A stretch of 64,000 bases of DNA from Zygnema circumcarinatum SAG 698-1b (lineage: Eukaryota > Plantae > Zygnematophyceae): contig CM074818.1 of the NCBI GenBank assembly GCA_037447605.1, forward strand, positions 2,400,501-2,464,500, in the 5' to 3' direction. The notes beneath the pieces are model-generated. The model saw only the letters and a list, made by a program, of their open reading frames with translations. It did not search any database and was not told the origin of the DNA. The translations under genes and the position numbers were made by a program. Shown piece by piece: positions 1-13,397 of this stretch (its first letter is position 1; each line of letters begins with the position of its first letter).

Positions 1-3000
1 TTTGCTAAGATCAGAGCATTCATGTTGCTGAACTGTTGCTCCATGAATGCCATTCATAATACCTGTTGTGAAGTTGTGGCTTGGCGTAGGACTAGTAACT
101 TCATTGCTTGTCTTCTCGACAGTTCCAGCATGGCTACAGTGTTAGATGGAAGTTATAGCTCCCCCTGTTCATGTTTCTCATTATTATTCTGGACTCTCGT
201 ACTTTAAGATTCATGAACTAGCGGAGTAAAGATTCATGATAGCGTGGTTCACTATCTGATAGTTCAGACAATAATTCTGCTCTGGTCAAGGTAACAGACG
301 TCTCCCTATGACGTCACGTTAATCCTTGGGGCTCAAGTATGCCTGTATTGTGATGTTTTGTAAATTGCAAATGTTCAACATGTCGAGGTCGTTGACCATA
401 TCGACTTTTTGCTGTACGAGTCCTCGAAACCATGGTTTTCAATCGCTGACCTGACCTGCTCTCGTTGCAATTTGCAGTGATGGCGCGAAACAAAGAGAGA
501 GCAAAGATGTGAAGCGTCATCGTCCTAACCCTAGCGAGCCTCGCATCGATGATTTTCCTATCGAAGGCCGGCGAAAGAATAACCGCGATGTGCACGAGCC
601 TCCGGAGAAGCTGCCTGCTCCGCTGCATGATGATCCGCAGGATGATGTCAGTGACCTGGAAAAAGAGGTGAGACATTTTTCAACGAGAAAGTTGTTTGGG
701 TTTACTGCAATGCGCAGGAAATTTTGAGGACACTAGTCGTTCGTTATATATTTTTCTGATTCATAAACGGAGACACTTGATGGAAAGTTAGAAAGTCTTC
801 TACTGAGCGGAGTTTTCCTTAAAAATTGACGCGTTTCATTTCGCATTCTCCCTGCAGAAGGAGGCATTGCTAGCGGAAATTCGAAAGCTGACGGACACCA
901 AGACGTTCTTTGAGGTATACATGAGTTACATCCCTGCTTGTTATTCTGATTGCAAGCAAACCTCTATTGGTCCAATGTATGGCCCAACACTGGCAGAAAA
1001 CTCAGCAAATGCCTCTTCCAGACAGTGAGATGCATTATTAGGCTGGCAAGGGAAAGCTTCACACTATAATTATAAGCAGAGGTGGTGTTGAATCGACTTG
1101 ACTTTACTTAACACTCCAGTCGAATATGGGTCTAGAGCTGCTTGCAGTCCTCAGTTCAAATTCAGGACGCAGGAGTCGGTAAAAACCGTTTTTCTTATTT
1201 TTGAAAAGTAAGGCGAAAAACATAAGAAAAATGCAGTTTGAAATACAGGATGTGAAGCATGATGGGTTATCATGCTATGATCTTGCAGGAGAAGTTGGAG
1301 CAGACGAGCAAAGGAGTGGAGCAGCTCTCTGCTCGCGCGCATGATCTGGAGTCGCGTTTGAATGGAGCAGAGCAGGACGCGCAGTCGTAAGATCACTGCT
1401 TGTGTTGAACCTTTATTTGTATGTGCTTAGCAAGAACCATATTGAGAAGGAGCCGGGCCCTTCCCACGGCCTGCATGTGTCTCCCAAGTATTGGAGTATT
1501 TCCAACAGCCACCAATTTTCAATGGCGGTCTCAGAGACAGACCACGGGGTGAGTGATCCTATTGTTGTGTTGGTTTGAGGTTGTAGTGTGTGGAGATCCA
1601 AAAATAAACTAGGTGGAAATGCTAGCACTCGGATTATGTGTTGTGTGCCAGAAAGATGTTGAGAATTAGACTTTGTGGAAGTGTTTGGCAGTTTTGTAAG
1701 CATGAGCTCATTTTATTGACCCCTTTTGTTTCTCGGTTGTAGCCTTCATTGCTGTGTATTTCTGCTCAATTAAGTGATACGTTTTGGGGTATAAGTGACA
1801 GTTACGGAGTCGCTCATACGTGGAGGATGTTGACTTCTCAAGCATTGAATATTGAGTACCTTTTTGACCGATCGATCGGTTATATTCCTTTGCAGTTTGA
1901 TAGGCTGGGTCTCTGCATTTCGTCCGTTCTCTCTATACCCTATTCTCCCCCTTAGTTGAGGTCCTGTAAGTGGGAGTTTTTACCTCAGCTGTGGATCAAA
2001 AGTCAAAAGCTATTTCTCGGTAAAAGCAACCTCATAAGATTCTAAGGGGTGCCAAATTTGGCGGTGGAGGCATGTCTCTACAGAGATCTCGGGAAGGTCC
2101 GAAAGATTATTAAAGCAAACCAGCGCCTTGTGCGGGCGCAGGATGACCTGAAGAGGTGGCTCTTTCGTGCCTCAACGCAACTTTTAATCTTTGAAACTTG
2201 AAAAAAGTTTATGCTGCATAGGCTCCGAGTGCTGACGCAATTTACTAGCTTAATGTAGCATGGGGAATGTCAAGGGTTCATTTTTCTCATGTAGTATCCC
2301 AGAAATGATATAAGAAATTTTAGTTTTGCCTTATCCAACCCAGCTGTTGCTAGGCAGCAATAGGGCATTTGTCCTCGTGGTTTTAGTTTCTGCATTGAAA
2401 ATTTGCACATTGGTGAGGAGATCCTATATGCTTTTGCCCTATTACGTTTGGAACCTGCGTTTGGCAATTATTATTTGTACTACAGAACGCTTTATCTTAA
2501 ATATATTTTCACTGTGGCATTGACAATTGATAAGTTGGCGATGAAGAAGACTGTGACCGTGTCTTAGTAAAGCCTGTGCAGGTCTCAGAGCAAGCTGCAT
2601 AAGATGGCAGAGGAAATGGCTGTGGAGGAGCAGCGGGAGGCGCATTCAAACCTTCTCAACACTACAGACAACAGAAAGACTGCAGGTGGCACTTCTGGGT
2701 TCGCTAGCGGTGGCCAACCTCTGGGAACTGCAGATGAAGAAATTGTTGTTGAAATGTCTCATGGGAGAGATGAGGATGTGCCCACAAAGGGCAGCGGTTA
2801 CCATGTGGCTTTGGACCTGAATGAGCGACCACCTGAGAGTGGTACTGATTTCGCTCCTTTCGTTTCCCATTTCCGTCTGCCTTATGCACCTACTGGACTG
2901 TACCACGTTCCTGTATTGCCAAAAAGTGTCGAGGTTTGTTGATGGACGGTTTCAGTTTTTGGAAAGTTTCCCTACATTACTATTGTTTGGCTAGTGAAGA

Positions 3001-4330
3001 TGTGTGGGCTTGTGTGTGCTTAGCTAGGATTTGATTTGGTTCTCTTTGATTAAACGCTAAAGTTTGAACATGCTGTTGGGAAGAAGATGACACCATTTGA
3101 AGCCGTGATGTTCACCCTCCATCCGTTCTCTCCTCTCCACCTTCTTTGTTTAATGTTTGCAGGCGTTGAGCTGAATGGTGCGGATCATCGTTCCAGTGAT
3201 CAGGTTGCTGGGATTCGTACTCACAGCGACTTTCACCCCGAGGAAGTTGAGGGTGGGAAAGGAGGAAGGTCCAACGCGTTGGCCAGAAGAGACAGGGAAG
3301 TGCGTGAGTATGCGCCCCAAGAAAGGAACTCAGATGGACAGACTCACAAGGTATGTGCCATCTTTACTTCAGGAAGTAGTGTTGGGATCAGCAGTCCCTT
3401 CTATGAGATGAGTTCTACAGGGTTGCTCCGCGTCTTACGAATTTGAACATCTGAGATGACTCTGAGAAGACATATTGGCTGTTTTGTTTAAAACATTTTA
3501 AACATTAACATTATTATTATTATTACATTAAACATTATTAAAATTGATTAGAAGACTCGATCATAAGGTCCATCCATCTGTGCCTGCACCCGTTGGAAAC
3601 CAGTTTGAACTGTGTATTGTGCTCGTATTCCTTGTTGGAATTTAGGATTTCTAGGGATTTGTCACGAGTCGCGCCCCCTTGCAACAAGCTGCAATACTGT
3701 GTGCTGCTCAGCTTCTGATTCTGTTTTGGGCTTTGTGGGATACTGCTGCTGTCTCCAGACAGTCATTTGCAGAAGAGAGAGAATGTTAAACATTTTGTCT
3801 GCAATTTGTCAATACAAACCTTGTTCTTTTATTAGTCTTCCGGCTAGCTACGAAGTGTAATAACACTTTTCTCTCTCTCGATACTGTATGTTCGTCTTCT
3901 CATCGTGCAGGGAAATTACATTGATTCTGTTCCTGGCTCGGGTCCGATGGAGATAGGAGAGGGAAGGTCGATCCTAGGGGAAAGGAGGATACATGCAACA
4001 AGGGAGAAAAAAATTCTCCCACGAGTTGAGGGAGGTGATTACAAAGAACAGGTCAAGGTTGCTCTTGATGTAAGTGCTTCCGCCCCTTACCTGCATTACA
4101 CTCGCTGGGATGTCCTCTATTCCGCTTCACTGTGATATTTTGAACAGCGTCTCCTTCCTTGGGTTTTTAGACTTCTTCTACCAGCTACATTCGTTGAGAA
4201 GCCTTGCCTCTTGTCGTTCGTAGCATTGGAAAGGGCGTTCGCTGATGAGTCGTTCCTTCTGTTCCATTTGCAGGACATGCACAACCAGCTGGATGATGAC
4301 GTTGACATCGTCGCCCTCCAATGCGACTGA
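1..4330 (+). CDS. 3' part of a multi-exon gene resembling plant zinc finger CCCH protein 13/40 (coiled-coil region); 5' end outside the window
   Basis: Exons flanked by AG/GT read DGAKQRESKDVKRH...DLEKE (478-668), KEALLAEIRKLTDTKTFFE, EKLEQTSKGVEQLSARAHDLESRL, DLGKVRKIIKANQRLVRAQDDLKR, SQSKLHKMAEE and a last exon DMHNQLDDDVDIVALQCD* (4274-4330). The KIIKA..R..RAQDDLKRSQ.KL segment resembles plant C3H13/40 as I recall it. The CCCH finger itself is not seen. Confidence 0.6.
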
Positions 4331-5478
4331 CTCAAGGGGCTCAGCTCAACCCAGCCTCGCCACCACCTTCAAATCCTCCTCTTGTGCGGCCCGTTTGCCG
4401 CCATCCTCAGATAAATTTTAGTGCTCCGCTTGTCCACCTCCCCCTGCCGCTGTCGCCTTAACAGTGTCACAGAGCAGACAACGGGATGTCGGCTCTGTCA
4501 CTTGTTCATTGGGCAGTGGAGGCTGCATTGCTGCGACTGTCGGATGTTCGGCATTTTGCATTCAGCAGCCAGCCCTAGTACCGAAAGGAGAAGGAATGTG
4601 CTGTCAAGATGCGGCCCTTAGCGCGAGCACGAGTTTCCATTAGGCTTTGCTTTGAGGAGATATGGATATAACGAGCTTGAACTGAATGGAACATTGTTTG
4701 CGGAAGGAGCTGCTCTACTTGACCTTGCCTTAACGGAGATCCCTCAAGCGGTGCGTGTCCGCTCACCGGTGTATGATGTTACGCGCGATGCCACTCTACG
4801 CGTCCCTTTCTGGAGAGGTGATGTGAAGATGGGTTGTTGCCCTCTCCACCACTGTTGCGCTTCATCCCCATTGGCTGTTACTGCCCTCTTTCGGCGTCGC
4901 CCCCTGTCTGCATTACCCCCAGCTGCGTCTGCCCGCTGTCTGCATTTGCCTGCTTGCAAACTCTGCAATGAAGCGAAGGCAGTCACCCACGTGGCAGACA
5001 GCAGCTCACGGTTCGGCAGGGGCAGCTCTCGGCTGCCGCCCGTTTTGCAGCCGACCAAACACCTTCTCATCCGTCTGCTCGGACTGAAACGAGTCTTTCA
5101 TCGGCTATGTTGCAGACAGACTGTCGTTTCAGCAACGTTCCTAAGAGATGCGATGGATGACAGTCACTTTTTCTATCACTATCTTAAAATGAGCAGCATT
5201 GCTAACCTTATTTTCCGCTTCCACATGCGGCCATGCCGAGACAAAATAAACGCCATACCAAGATGGCGCACCAACAATCCATTCCACGCTTTAGTCTGAA
5301 ACAGCGGCTTGCCGCACCGCTGTGCACTATCCGTCCTAGCTCCAACTAATCGCCATTGCGGGTCAAAACTTGCGTGAGTTGAAAAGCTTTTCATCTCCAC
5401 CTCATTCCCGACAGGTGGAGAGCTTACGTTTAAAAAAGGAAAGAAAAATAAGTAAGAAAGCTCAGGCATGGGGTCCCA

Positions 5479-7825
5479 TCAGAGCGCGATGCGACCCAGT
5501 GCAAAGTTGTAGAGCGCCTCCACCCACATGTCGGGCACGCCCCCCGCACACCAATGCGTGCAGTCGTCCTTGGCACCCGGACCCAGCTTGCCGCCTGCAC
5601 ACACACCACAACCCGTCACTCCCTACGTGAGGGCACAGGCAATCTCTCTCTGCTTGCAACTGCTTCCGAAATTGCATAAATTGGCAAAAAATGTATACAG
5701 TTTCAGCAAGAGGATTGAGCTCCAGCTTCTTGTGAATGAAGTTAAGCCGTCCCTTGTGTAGCTTCAAAAGCCCCCAGTTGGGCCCACCTTTGATAAACCA
5801 GTTCTGCACTTTTGCGTCCGGACGGTAGAGGCTCGCGGTGGTGACGTCGAGCAGCTTCAGCGGCGTCTTGGCGGCCTTCTTCTGGAGAGCCAGAAGACCC
5901 AAAAACTCCTTCCCGATCTGCCCCACCTGCGTGCTTCTTCCAACCCGATCAGAAGCACTTCAAATTCAAACAAACAAACAAACAAACAAACAAACAAAAC
6001 AGGGCACACATCGCAGGTGCGGGCACAGATACGGACCTGGTTGGAGTTAAGAATGGTGTTGGTTTCGCAGAAGGAGCCCTTTGCGGCCACTCCCGTAGGC
6101 AGGTTGTAGAGAGTGGGAGAGGCACTCAGCAGGACGGCCGAACCCTTAAAGTTGATGGTCCGCAAGTACTGCGATATGGTGGCAAGACCCATCTCGTAGG
6201 CTTGCTGGTTGGTCAGTCCCTGCAGCTGCTTGCTGTTGGAGTACCATACTTTGCTGCCTGTGAACCACCAGCTCGTGGCCTGCACAGAGAGCCACCCTCT
6301 GATGGATCAGAGCAGGGAGAGCTGTGTTACTCTGGCCAAAACGAGGGCTTTCAAAACAGCCACCAGTAAGCAACAATCCCTTCTCTAGTCGTTACGGAGT
6401 AACGGAAGGGGTGGGGGAGAGGAAGGAAAGGAAGGAAAGGAAGGCCCTTTAGTTTTGATTTGGGTTTTGATTTTCGTCAACCTGGAAGACGATGACGTCC
6501 ACGAGGTTGGCGAGTTTCCCCCAACCCGGGTCCACTGCAGCAAGGTTCACGTTGTTCGCGCTTGAGCCGGGTGTAGGCGGAAGATTCTCCACCATGAAGC
6601 GGGAAAAGGTTTTGATTATGAAGAAGTTCTTTCCGGGATACTGCAACGCTGAGAGAGAGAGCACTGTAAGGACCCTAAAATGCGCGCCGTGCTCACCAAA
6701 GAAAAGCGCAAAGTCAAGGTCAAGGTCAGCCGACAGCAGCTAAAGGTATTGCTGTTGAAGGCGCCATAGCCAAGGGGTTGGCAGGGAGGAGAGGAGGGAG
6801 AGAGAGAGAGAGAGATGGGAGAGATGTCGGAGGCACCTCCTGCCCTCTGAGGGTAACACCGGAGATCGTCTGCTTCCAGGCTTTGAGTTTAACGCTGCCC
6901 GAATTCACGATGCAGGAGAAGGAGTCGCCGAAGTTGGTGGCAAGAGAGTCCCCCACGATGAGCACCTTCTTGTTTTGAAACGTTTGCGCCATCTTTGCGG
7001 CAGAAACGGAGTCCAGAGAGCAACCGGATGGCTGCAAGCCGGCAACAGAAGGTGGCGGTAAAGCGGAAGAAAAGAGAGCATAGGAGCATGGAAAAAGGGC
7101 GGAACAGAACCCAATTTGGATGCAAATCTTACCCTCCAGCTCTGCTTCTGGAAGTTCAAATTGGGTCTGGAATTTCCCTGGCAGTTAAAGTTGGTGCGCA
7201 GGAATGGGCAATTGCTTCCAGTGTATAGAGGCTTCGTGTTGTCCGCCTGCCATGAGCCTAATGTGAGGTTGCACAGCATCCCTACGGATAGAAAAAGCTC
7301 CCCCACCCAGGGATGCAGGTTTTGGATAAGCAAGGATGGAAGACTGAGCACTACAGAATCTGATCCTGATTGGGTCAGTCTATGTGCTAAAAAATCAGAT
7401 TAAAGGTGCTCAGTCAGTAGGGCCCGATCCGTTTTATAAGTATTGGCTTCTCACACGAAAGTAAGTCGTACAAGAACTGACAAAACCATGAAAGACATGC
7501 ATGAGAGATTATCTCCCTACGTTTCGTTTGAAAAAGCTTCGTCTTTTCATTGGTGCTGGCACAAAGTGTTCGTCATGAAAACGAAGTCTATTGAAACTTA
7601 ACATAGATTGAGTGTTCATATTCAATGCTTCTTACTTTCACCAGTGTCAGCAATGCAAGGCACAAGCGCGGCATTCAGACTTCCAGCTCGTTCCCAATAA
7701 GCCACTCCGAGTTTGCTGGCAGGCTACCGCTTGCCGCGGGCAAAGGACATAGTTTCACCTTCCAGGGGAGTGCAGCCCAGCAGGAAGAGCGCTGCCAAAA
7801 GGGCCGTCCACACGATCCCGCCCAT
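5479..7825 (-). CDS. TBL: TRICHOME BIREFRINGENCE-LIKE (PMR5/ESK1-type) polysaccharide O-acetyltransferase
   Basis: First exon MGGIVWTALLAALFLLGCTPLE (signal-like) splices to CNLTLGSWQADNTKPLYTGSNCPFLRTNFNCQGNSRP (PMR5N Cys-rich domain). It is followed by FQNKKVLIVGDSL (GDS motif) and a C-terminal DDCTHWCAGGVPDMW (DxxH motif). Stop TGA at 5481-5479. Confidence 0.92.
5967..6000. repeat. (CAAA)n microsatellite in a TBL intron
   Basis: Tandem CAAA units are directly visible. Confidence 0.95.
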
Positions 7826-9211
7826 CTGCACCGCACCCAGCTACCATCAAAGAAGGCGAAGGGGGGACACAGGATAAAGAAGAGAGGCAGATAGAGAGGG
7901 GGAGAGAGAGTGAGAGAGGAAATGGTGAGGTAGATTGCGTCTGTTGCCACTCAACTGGCTCTGTCAGTTCACCTCCACCTGCTATTCAAGAGAAGCAACT
8001 GAGCATTATCGCCGAGCTGTGGCAGCATGTAATGCCTTCAAACGATCCAGCAATGCTCCCCGGCCCCCCTTCCGCCTTCACAAGGCTGCAGCTGCTGCAA
8101 GGGTGCTCTACTCACCACGCCGACAGAATGGGAAGCTCCCCGCGCCCTCCCCACCCTTCCCTCCACGCTCTGTATTCACCTGCCCCTTCCCTCCCTCCCT
8201 CTTCCTCTCCCCTCTCCCACTCCCTCTCCCTCTCCCACTTTCTCTCCCACTTGCTCTCCCTTCCCCGCCGTCCGCGGTTCCGGGCCAGGGCGGCGGCGGC
8301 CTCCCTCCCTCCGTCCGTACGGTCAACACCGCCCTGTCACCAGTCCACCGATGATGTCACACTGACGCCAGTAGTCCTTGCCCGCCCGGTTCCTGTCCTT
8401 TGCTGTCCGTACACAAAGCCAATGGCGGACACGGAATAAGCGTGCGAACGTATGACTACGAATACTTTGGCGGGTAGTAACAGTACGGCCGGATGAGGGC
8501 TCAAGTGGGCACTGGGCGGGCGGGCGGGTCCGATCCGGAACCAATGTACGAAATCGTACGGAAAAATTCACACGCGTGAAGTGCTAGCAAGGAGTTGGCA
8601 GGTTTGTTTTGGAATAAAGGTCGTTTTCGGGATGAGTGTGTTATTGCGTGTGGTCGATGAGGGCCCGCGGGCGACTGCCATCCATGCATGCATGTGAGGG
8701 AGGGAGGGAGGGAGGGAGGGAAGGAGGGCTTCAACGACGACGAGTGAGCAAGTTGTGAACGAAGCAGGACTCGCTCCCACTCTACAGACGTGGCCGCCGC
8801 CAACACTCGCGCGCCGTTTCAATTTCTCAGAGTTGTCTCGCTCAGCGTTTACGGAATTGCTGTGTGACAGGAGCACGGATTTATGGGGGGGCCTCCCTGC
8901 TGCAGGCAGAGGGCAGAGAGGGCTGTCTGCTTCTGCCATCCAGATCGACCCATGCAGACCATCATACGCCAAATGAGTGGTACTCTTTTTGAGCATAAAG
9001 CAGTGGCGCTGGCTGCAGCACAGGCCCAATGCTCGCCTCATTTTTGTGCGTTTTATGTTTATGTTTTGTATTAAGCTGTGCCCGTGTCCGCCATTGGCCG
9101 CCAGCAGACCGGCGGCAACCGCTTTCGGCTCTATCTATGCAAAGGCAGACAGTCAGGCAAGCAAGCAGGCGAGGGGTTACAGAGCAGGGTTCAGCTGTGG
9201 GTCGGTCAGTT

Positions 9212-12200
9212 TCATAGCGGCTTGAGCGGGTGGTGATGCCTTGCGCCCCTGCACACGACCTTCAAGCAGGCCAAGTCCTCGTCTAAGTTCCACAACTCCA
9301 ACTCTCTAAGGCTTGCTTCTACTGCTGCACTGCTGCTTTCTACGGACGAAGTCTTTTCATATGTTACAATCGAAAGCAGTCTAGAATCCGTTGCGTTGTC
9401 CGTAAGCGTGTACTCGTCTAGCAAGGCAAGCATGGAGTCGTCAATGCGGCCGACTACCAGCTTTGACTGCTCCACCACTTCATACAAAAGGGCGCCCAGA
9501 GATTCTGCAGACTCGCTCTGGTCGCCTTCCGCTGCAGACGCTCTGACCTTCTCTCTCCCCTCACTCTCACTCTCACTCCTCTCCATCTCCTGCGCTGAAG
9601 CTGAGCTTCCCTCCGTTTTAGCTGTCTCTCCTTGTCCAGAAGACGCAAACCCCCTTTTCCAGAGGGACGACTGGAGACCGATCAAAACATCGTTGACTGC
9701 TTTGCTGCTCTTGAAGTAGAGGAAGCCCCGGTAGTAGTACGCCCCCCTGTCAGCGACCCTCCCTGCAACATCCGCATCTATTAGATGGAGAGGAAGGGCC
9801 GGCGGAGATAGCCATGTGGTGTCAACGCTGGAGAAGACCACGTGGTATCCAAGCTGCAGGACGGAAGTTATGGCTTCCAGCTGCAAACTACTATAGACCA
9901 ACGCAGGCGAAGATGCCAACTCCCTCTGCTCGGAGGGATGCTCCATCTCTTCCTCCTTGTTGGGTTTGTTTGCCAACGATTGCGAGGGGGAATCCTTCTC
10001 TCCCTCCCCCCCCCTGTGAAGGTCGAGGGGACGCACAACAAGCACTGCATGGCCCCTCCGGGAAAGCTCTTGGGCTTCATCTTCTTCGGAAGTGACAACA
10101 GCGTAGTTGAGAACGGGCAGTTTGGTTATTTGGCATAGCCAATTGCTGACCAGGGCAGGAGGCATGCCCAACGCGCTGACCAGCACCACTGTTTGGTTGG
10201 AATGCAGGGAGGCCAAGAACCCCTCCATGTTCTCAGTCGTGCGTGCAATTCTCCTTGTCAGCACCTCCTGTATGTAACCATGCACAGATAACCTATCAGA
10301 AACAAGCTTACGTGTTGTGACGTAGACCCTATGGTGGCCGCATTCTGACAGACAGATTGTCAGGGTCTCATCGCGAACAGGAAGGATGAGACCACAATAT
10401 ATCTCGTTATGCATCATCACCAGCGAGCCGGTTGATGTGACTGCTACTAACTAACCTGAAAGCATAAGTCGTATCGTGGCACGTTCCGCAAAGGCGGTAG
10501 TGTGAAGGGTTCTCCCTCCTCGCCCTTGCGCTCAGTCAGGAGGACAACATTCTCCGAACCTTCTCGATTGTCTCTGAGAAGCAGCAACCCACTTCACTGT
10601 GTGACGACGAGCCATCCAGGTCGGAAAACGCAGTGATAAAGACACCACTTTGCTGCTTCACAAACAGCAGCGAAACTCGAGCGAGCAAGGGTGTCTATGG
10701 CAATGGGAGTCATCATCTAAAGTTATAAACGCGGTTGACGCAGCGTGCTAGCTGATGAGTTTTTAGCTTTCTCATCAGTATTTGCAGCTGTATTGGCTTC
10801 TGCTAGCAGTTCTGTACACATGAAGCTCTGATGTCCATCTTAGAGCTATCAATACCTGAGTGAGATGGCAAACGTCTGCTCATACTCCAGTTGCGCATAC
10901 AAGTTGAGATATCCCTTCGCATGCGCAAACTTAATAAACCACGGAATCCATATCTTTTCGCCGTACTTTCTGTACCAGTTGGTGGTTGCCAAACCCTCCA
11001 GGTAAGGTTTTAGGTTGAGCGCCCTCTTCCTGTCATACCAAAGACGGAATTCCCGCCATGGCTGCGGGAACACAAGCTGTCCCCACGAGCTGATGAGCTG
11101 ATAAAGAAGCACGCGAGTGCTGTTGGCTACCTGCACAGCGTTGCCTCTTATTCCTACACAGCCAACCAAGAACAAGAACTTATCAGAAACTGTTTGGTGT
11201 CTATCTGCTCTGAGTACTTTCTAATACGCTTCAAATAAAATGCCTGGACAGAAATGCCATATTTGTAAGGATCTCTTTTAGCTTGGAGTTCCTTACAGAT
11301 GCCGAAAACGTACGTTTAAGGGCGGATGTGGTTGCAAATGCATAAGGCTCCTTGACCTCTCAACACCTCACCATCTCATCATCATATCATCATCATATCA
11401 TATATATATATATCATATTATATTATCATTATCATTATCATTATCATTATCATTATCATTATCATCTCTCTTTCTTTTTCTTTACTCTTTCTCTCTCTCT
11501 TGACCTCTTTTTCTCTCTTTTCTTGATCTCTCTTTTTTTCTCTTTTCCTGCTCCTTGGCCTTGGTCTTCTTAGACCGTTTCGAACAACGTGGAGTGCACC
11601 TCTTCAAAGCGCAACAAAACTGCCAAGGAGAAGCGAGGGGAGACTGACCTGGTACGAACTGAGGTCGCTGCAGGCTGATGCCATAGATTGAAGGGTTAAA
11701 ATTTGCCGAATCAAAAAAAAAGGTGTTGATAGCCGTTCGTAAAAATCGATAATATAGAGGTGAAACTTCTACATCGTCCTCGATAATAAGTGCAAACTCA
11801 TAATCTGATGTGGGCCACCAAGCTTCAATCCACTGTTCCTGTGACCCTACGTTGGTCCGTCTGGATACAGTTGCACTGATAGCAGCATCAGTAGTCTATT
11901 CGTCGTTGATATCGAGTGTCGACTGCCATTTTTTTTTTGGGTTCTCTAGCTGCTTTAACCCAGTGGATACAGCCACAAATAGTTTGTCTATTGGATATTT
12001 TTGACCTAAGACTATGTGTGCGCAGTGAATAATGATCAATCTTTACTGGAACTTAGAAACAAGGAATCAAACGCTCTATAGTAGCAAATTACATTACCTG
12101 TAATGGATTTCTTTAGGACCGTGTGGCCAATCAAATGAATCGAGAAAAGCAAGAAGCTCATGCGACTTCTGTAGCTTCTCTTCCAACGCAGACGCATTCC

Positions 12201-12854
12201 CTTCCGTATCATCTCGGAAGTGGTCCAACATAACATAGAGCCTCACTATATCATCATCATAGTACGCAGATCGTAACGAGTTGAGTGATCGATTAAGGTA
12301 ATCTAGCTGCTGGAAAGCAAGCAACTTGATGCGCAGCTGGAAAGGCTGAGGCTTATTATAAACCTTGGTCTGCATCCAGAGGAGGGCTCACAGCCCTGAA
12401 GGATATCAGCTCATTTATCTGGTGCTCTGTAAACAGGTCCTTCAGGCACGATTCGTGAAAGAAGAAACAGCACGCTGACAGTTCCGAGAAAAGGACGCCA
12501 TCCACTGCTTTCCCTCCCTTTCCCTCCCTCTCCCCTCTCCCTCTCTCCTCTCCCTGCCAATACCTTATTTGGCATATCGAGAGTGAGCGGGAGGGGGCAG
12601 ACGATGGGCCAGTCGCTCGTCTGCGGCGCGCCCCGCGTCTGGCGAACGACTGTCTCGTGCAGCTCCGCCTGGTGGCCGACCAGCCCCAACACGACGATAA
12701 GCAGCAGCAGCGAGCCAACCGTCGTAAGTCCCGTCTGCAGCAGCCGCGGCACCTGCAGACCGGCCGGGAGCCGCAACGCTCCATTGCGGAACGTCGTCAT
12801 CGTTCGCAGGGACTCCAAGCTTCCCCTCGGAGAGTTGGAACCTGTGCGAGGCAT
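9212..12854 (-). CDS. Type II membrane glycosyltransferase, At5g12260-like, with a C-terminal nucleotide-diphospho-sugar transferase-like domain
   Basis: N-terminal TM segment (VGSLLLLIVVLGLVG) is followed by LRIKLLAF...LDHF...FDWPHGPKEIHYR, QEQWIEAWWPTSDYEFALIIEDDVEVSPLYY (EDD motif), NPSIYGISLQRPQFVP and WGQLVFPQPWREFRLWYD...WIPWFIKF. The large last exon (ORF 9212-10420) contains ELSRRGH and LGYHVVFSSVD. Confidence 0.85.
11420..11465. repeat. (CATTAT)n microsatellite in a glycosyltransferase intron
   Basis: Tandem CATTAT units are directly visible. Confidence 0.95.
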
Positions 12855-13397
12855 CGCAACGTGCCCACACTACAGCAGAGGGCACTTCATCTGCCGGAGA
12901 CAGGATGGAAGGGTGCGGGTCGACTCTGCGGTCGGAAGGACTCAGATGTGGCGCGTGCGCCTCGCCATTCGCAAGAGAAGGGTTCGCAACGGGAGGAACG
13001 CGCATGGCCTGAGCTATGCGCCGCGCGTAATGCAGGATGCCCTCAGCCACTCTGCCAAGAGTCCGGAGACTCCAAGCAGCTTGAGCACACGCCCGGAACC
13101 GGAACCTAACTTGGAGCAGTCCAGCGTGATGACGTCCACACGACGGCAGAGAGTCGGACGAGCATTGGAAGAAAGGTCGACGCGCATTCCCCTCGAGCGC
13201 AGCAGGCGGAGGCGCAGGCCGGCAGCGCCTCCACTTTCCCCGGCCGAGGCAGCAGCAGCAGCAGCAGCAGCCGCAGCAGCCCCTTCGTCCCTCCCTCCCT
13301 CCCTCCCTCCCTCCCTCCCTCCCTCACAGAGGGCGCGGCCCGGCAGCCATGGTGCTCCCCCTCCGCACTCCCGAGCTCGTAATTGGCGACGCCTGCC

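Noticed and set aside
4652-5299. 215-aa ORF between the CCCH-like and TBL genes
   Set aside because: No recognisable motif, starts at TTG, and lies between two convergent 3' ends. Opposite-strand frames are interrupted by stops.
9212-12854. Two-domain glycosyltransferase as a novel fusion
   Set aside because: The C-terminal LSRRGH and LGY motifs match what I recall of At5g12260 itself, so the architecture appears to be ordinary for the family.
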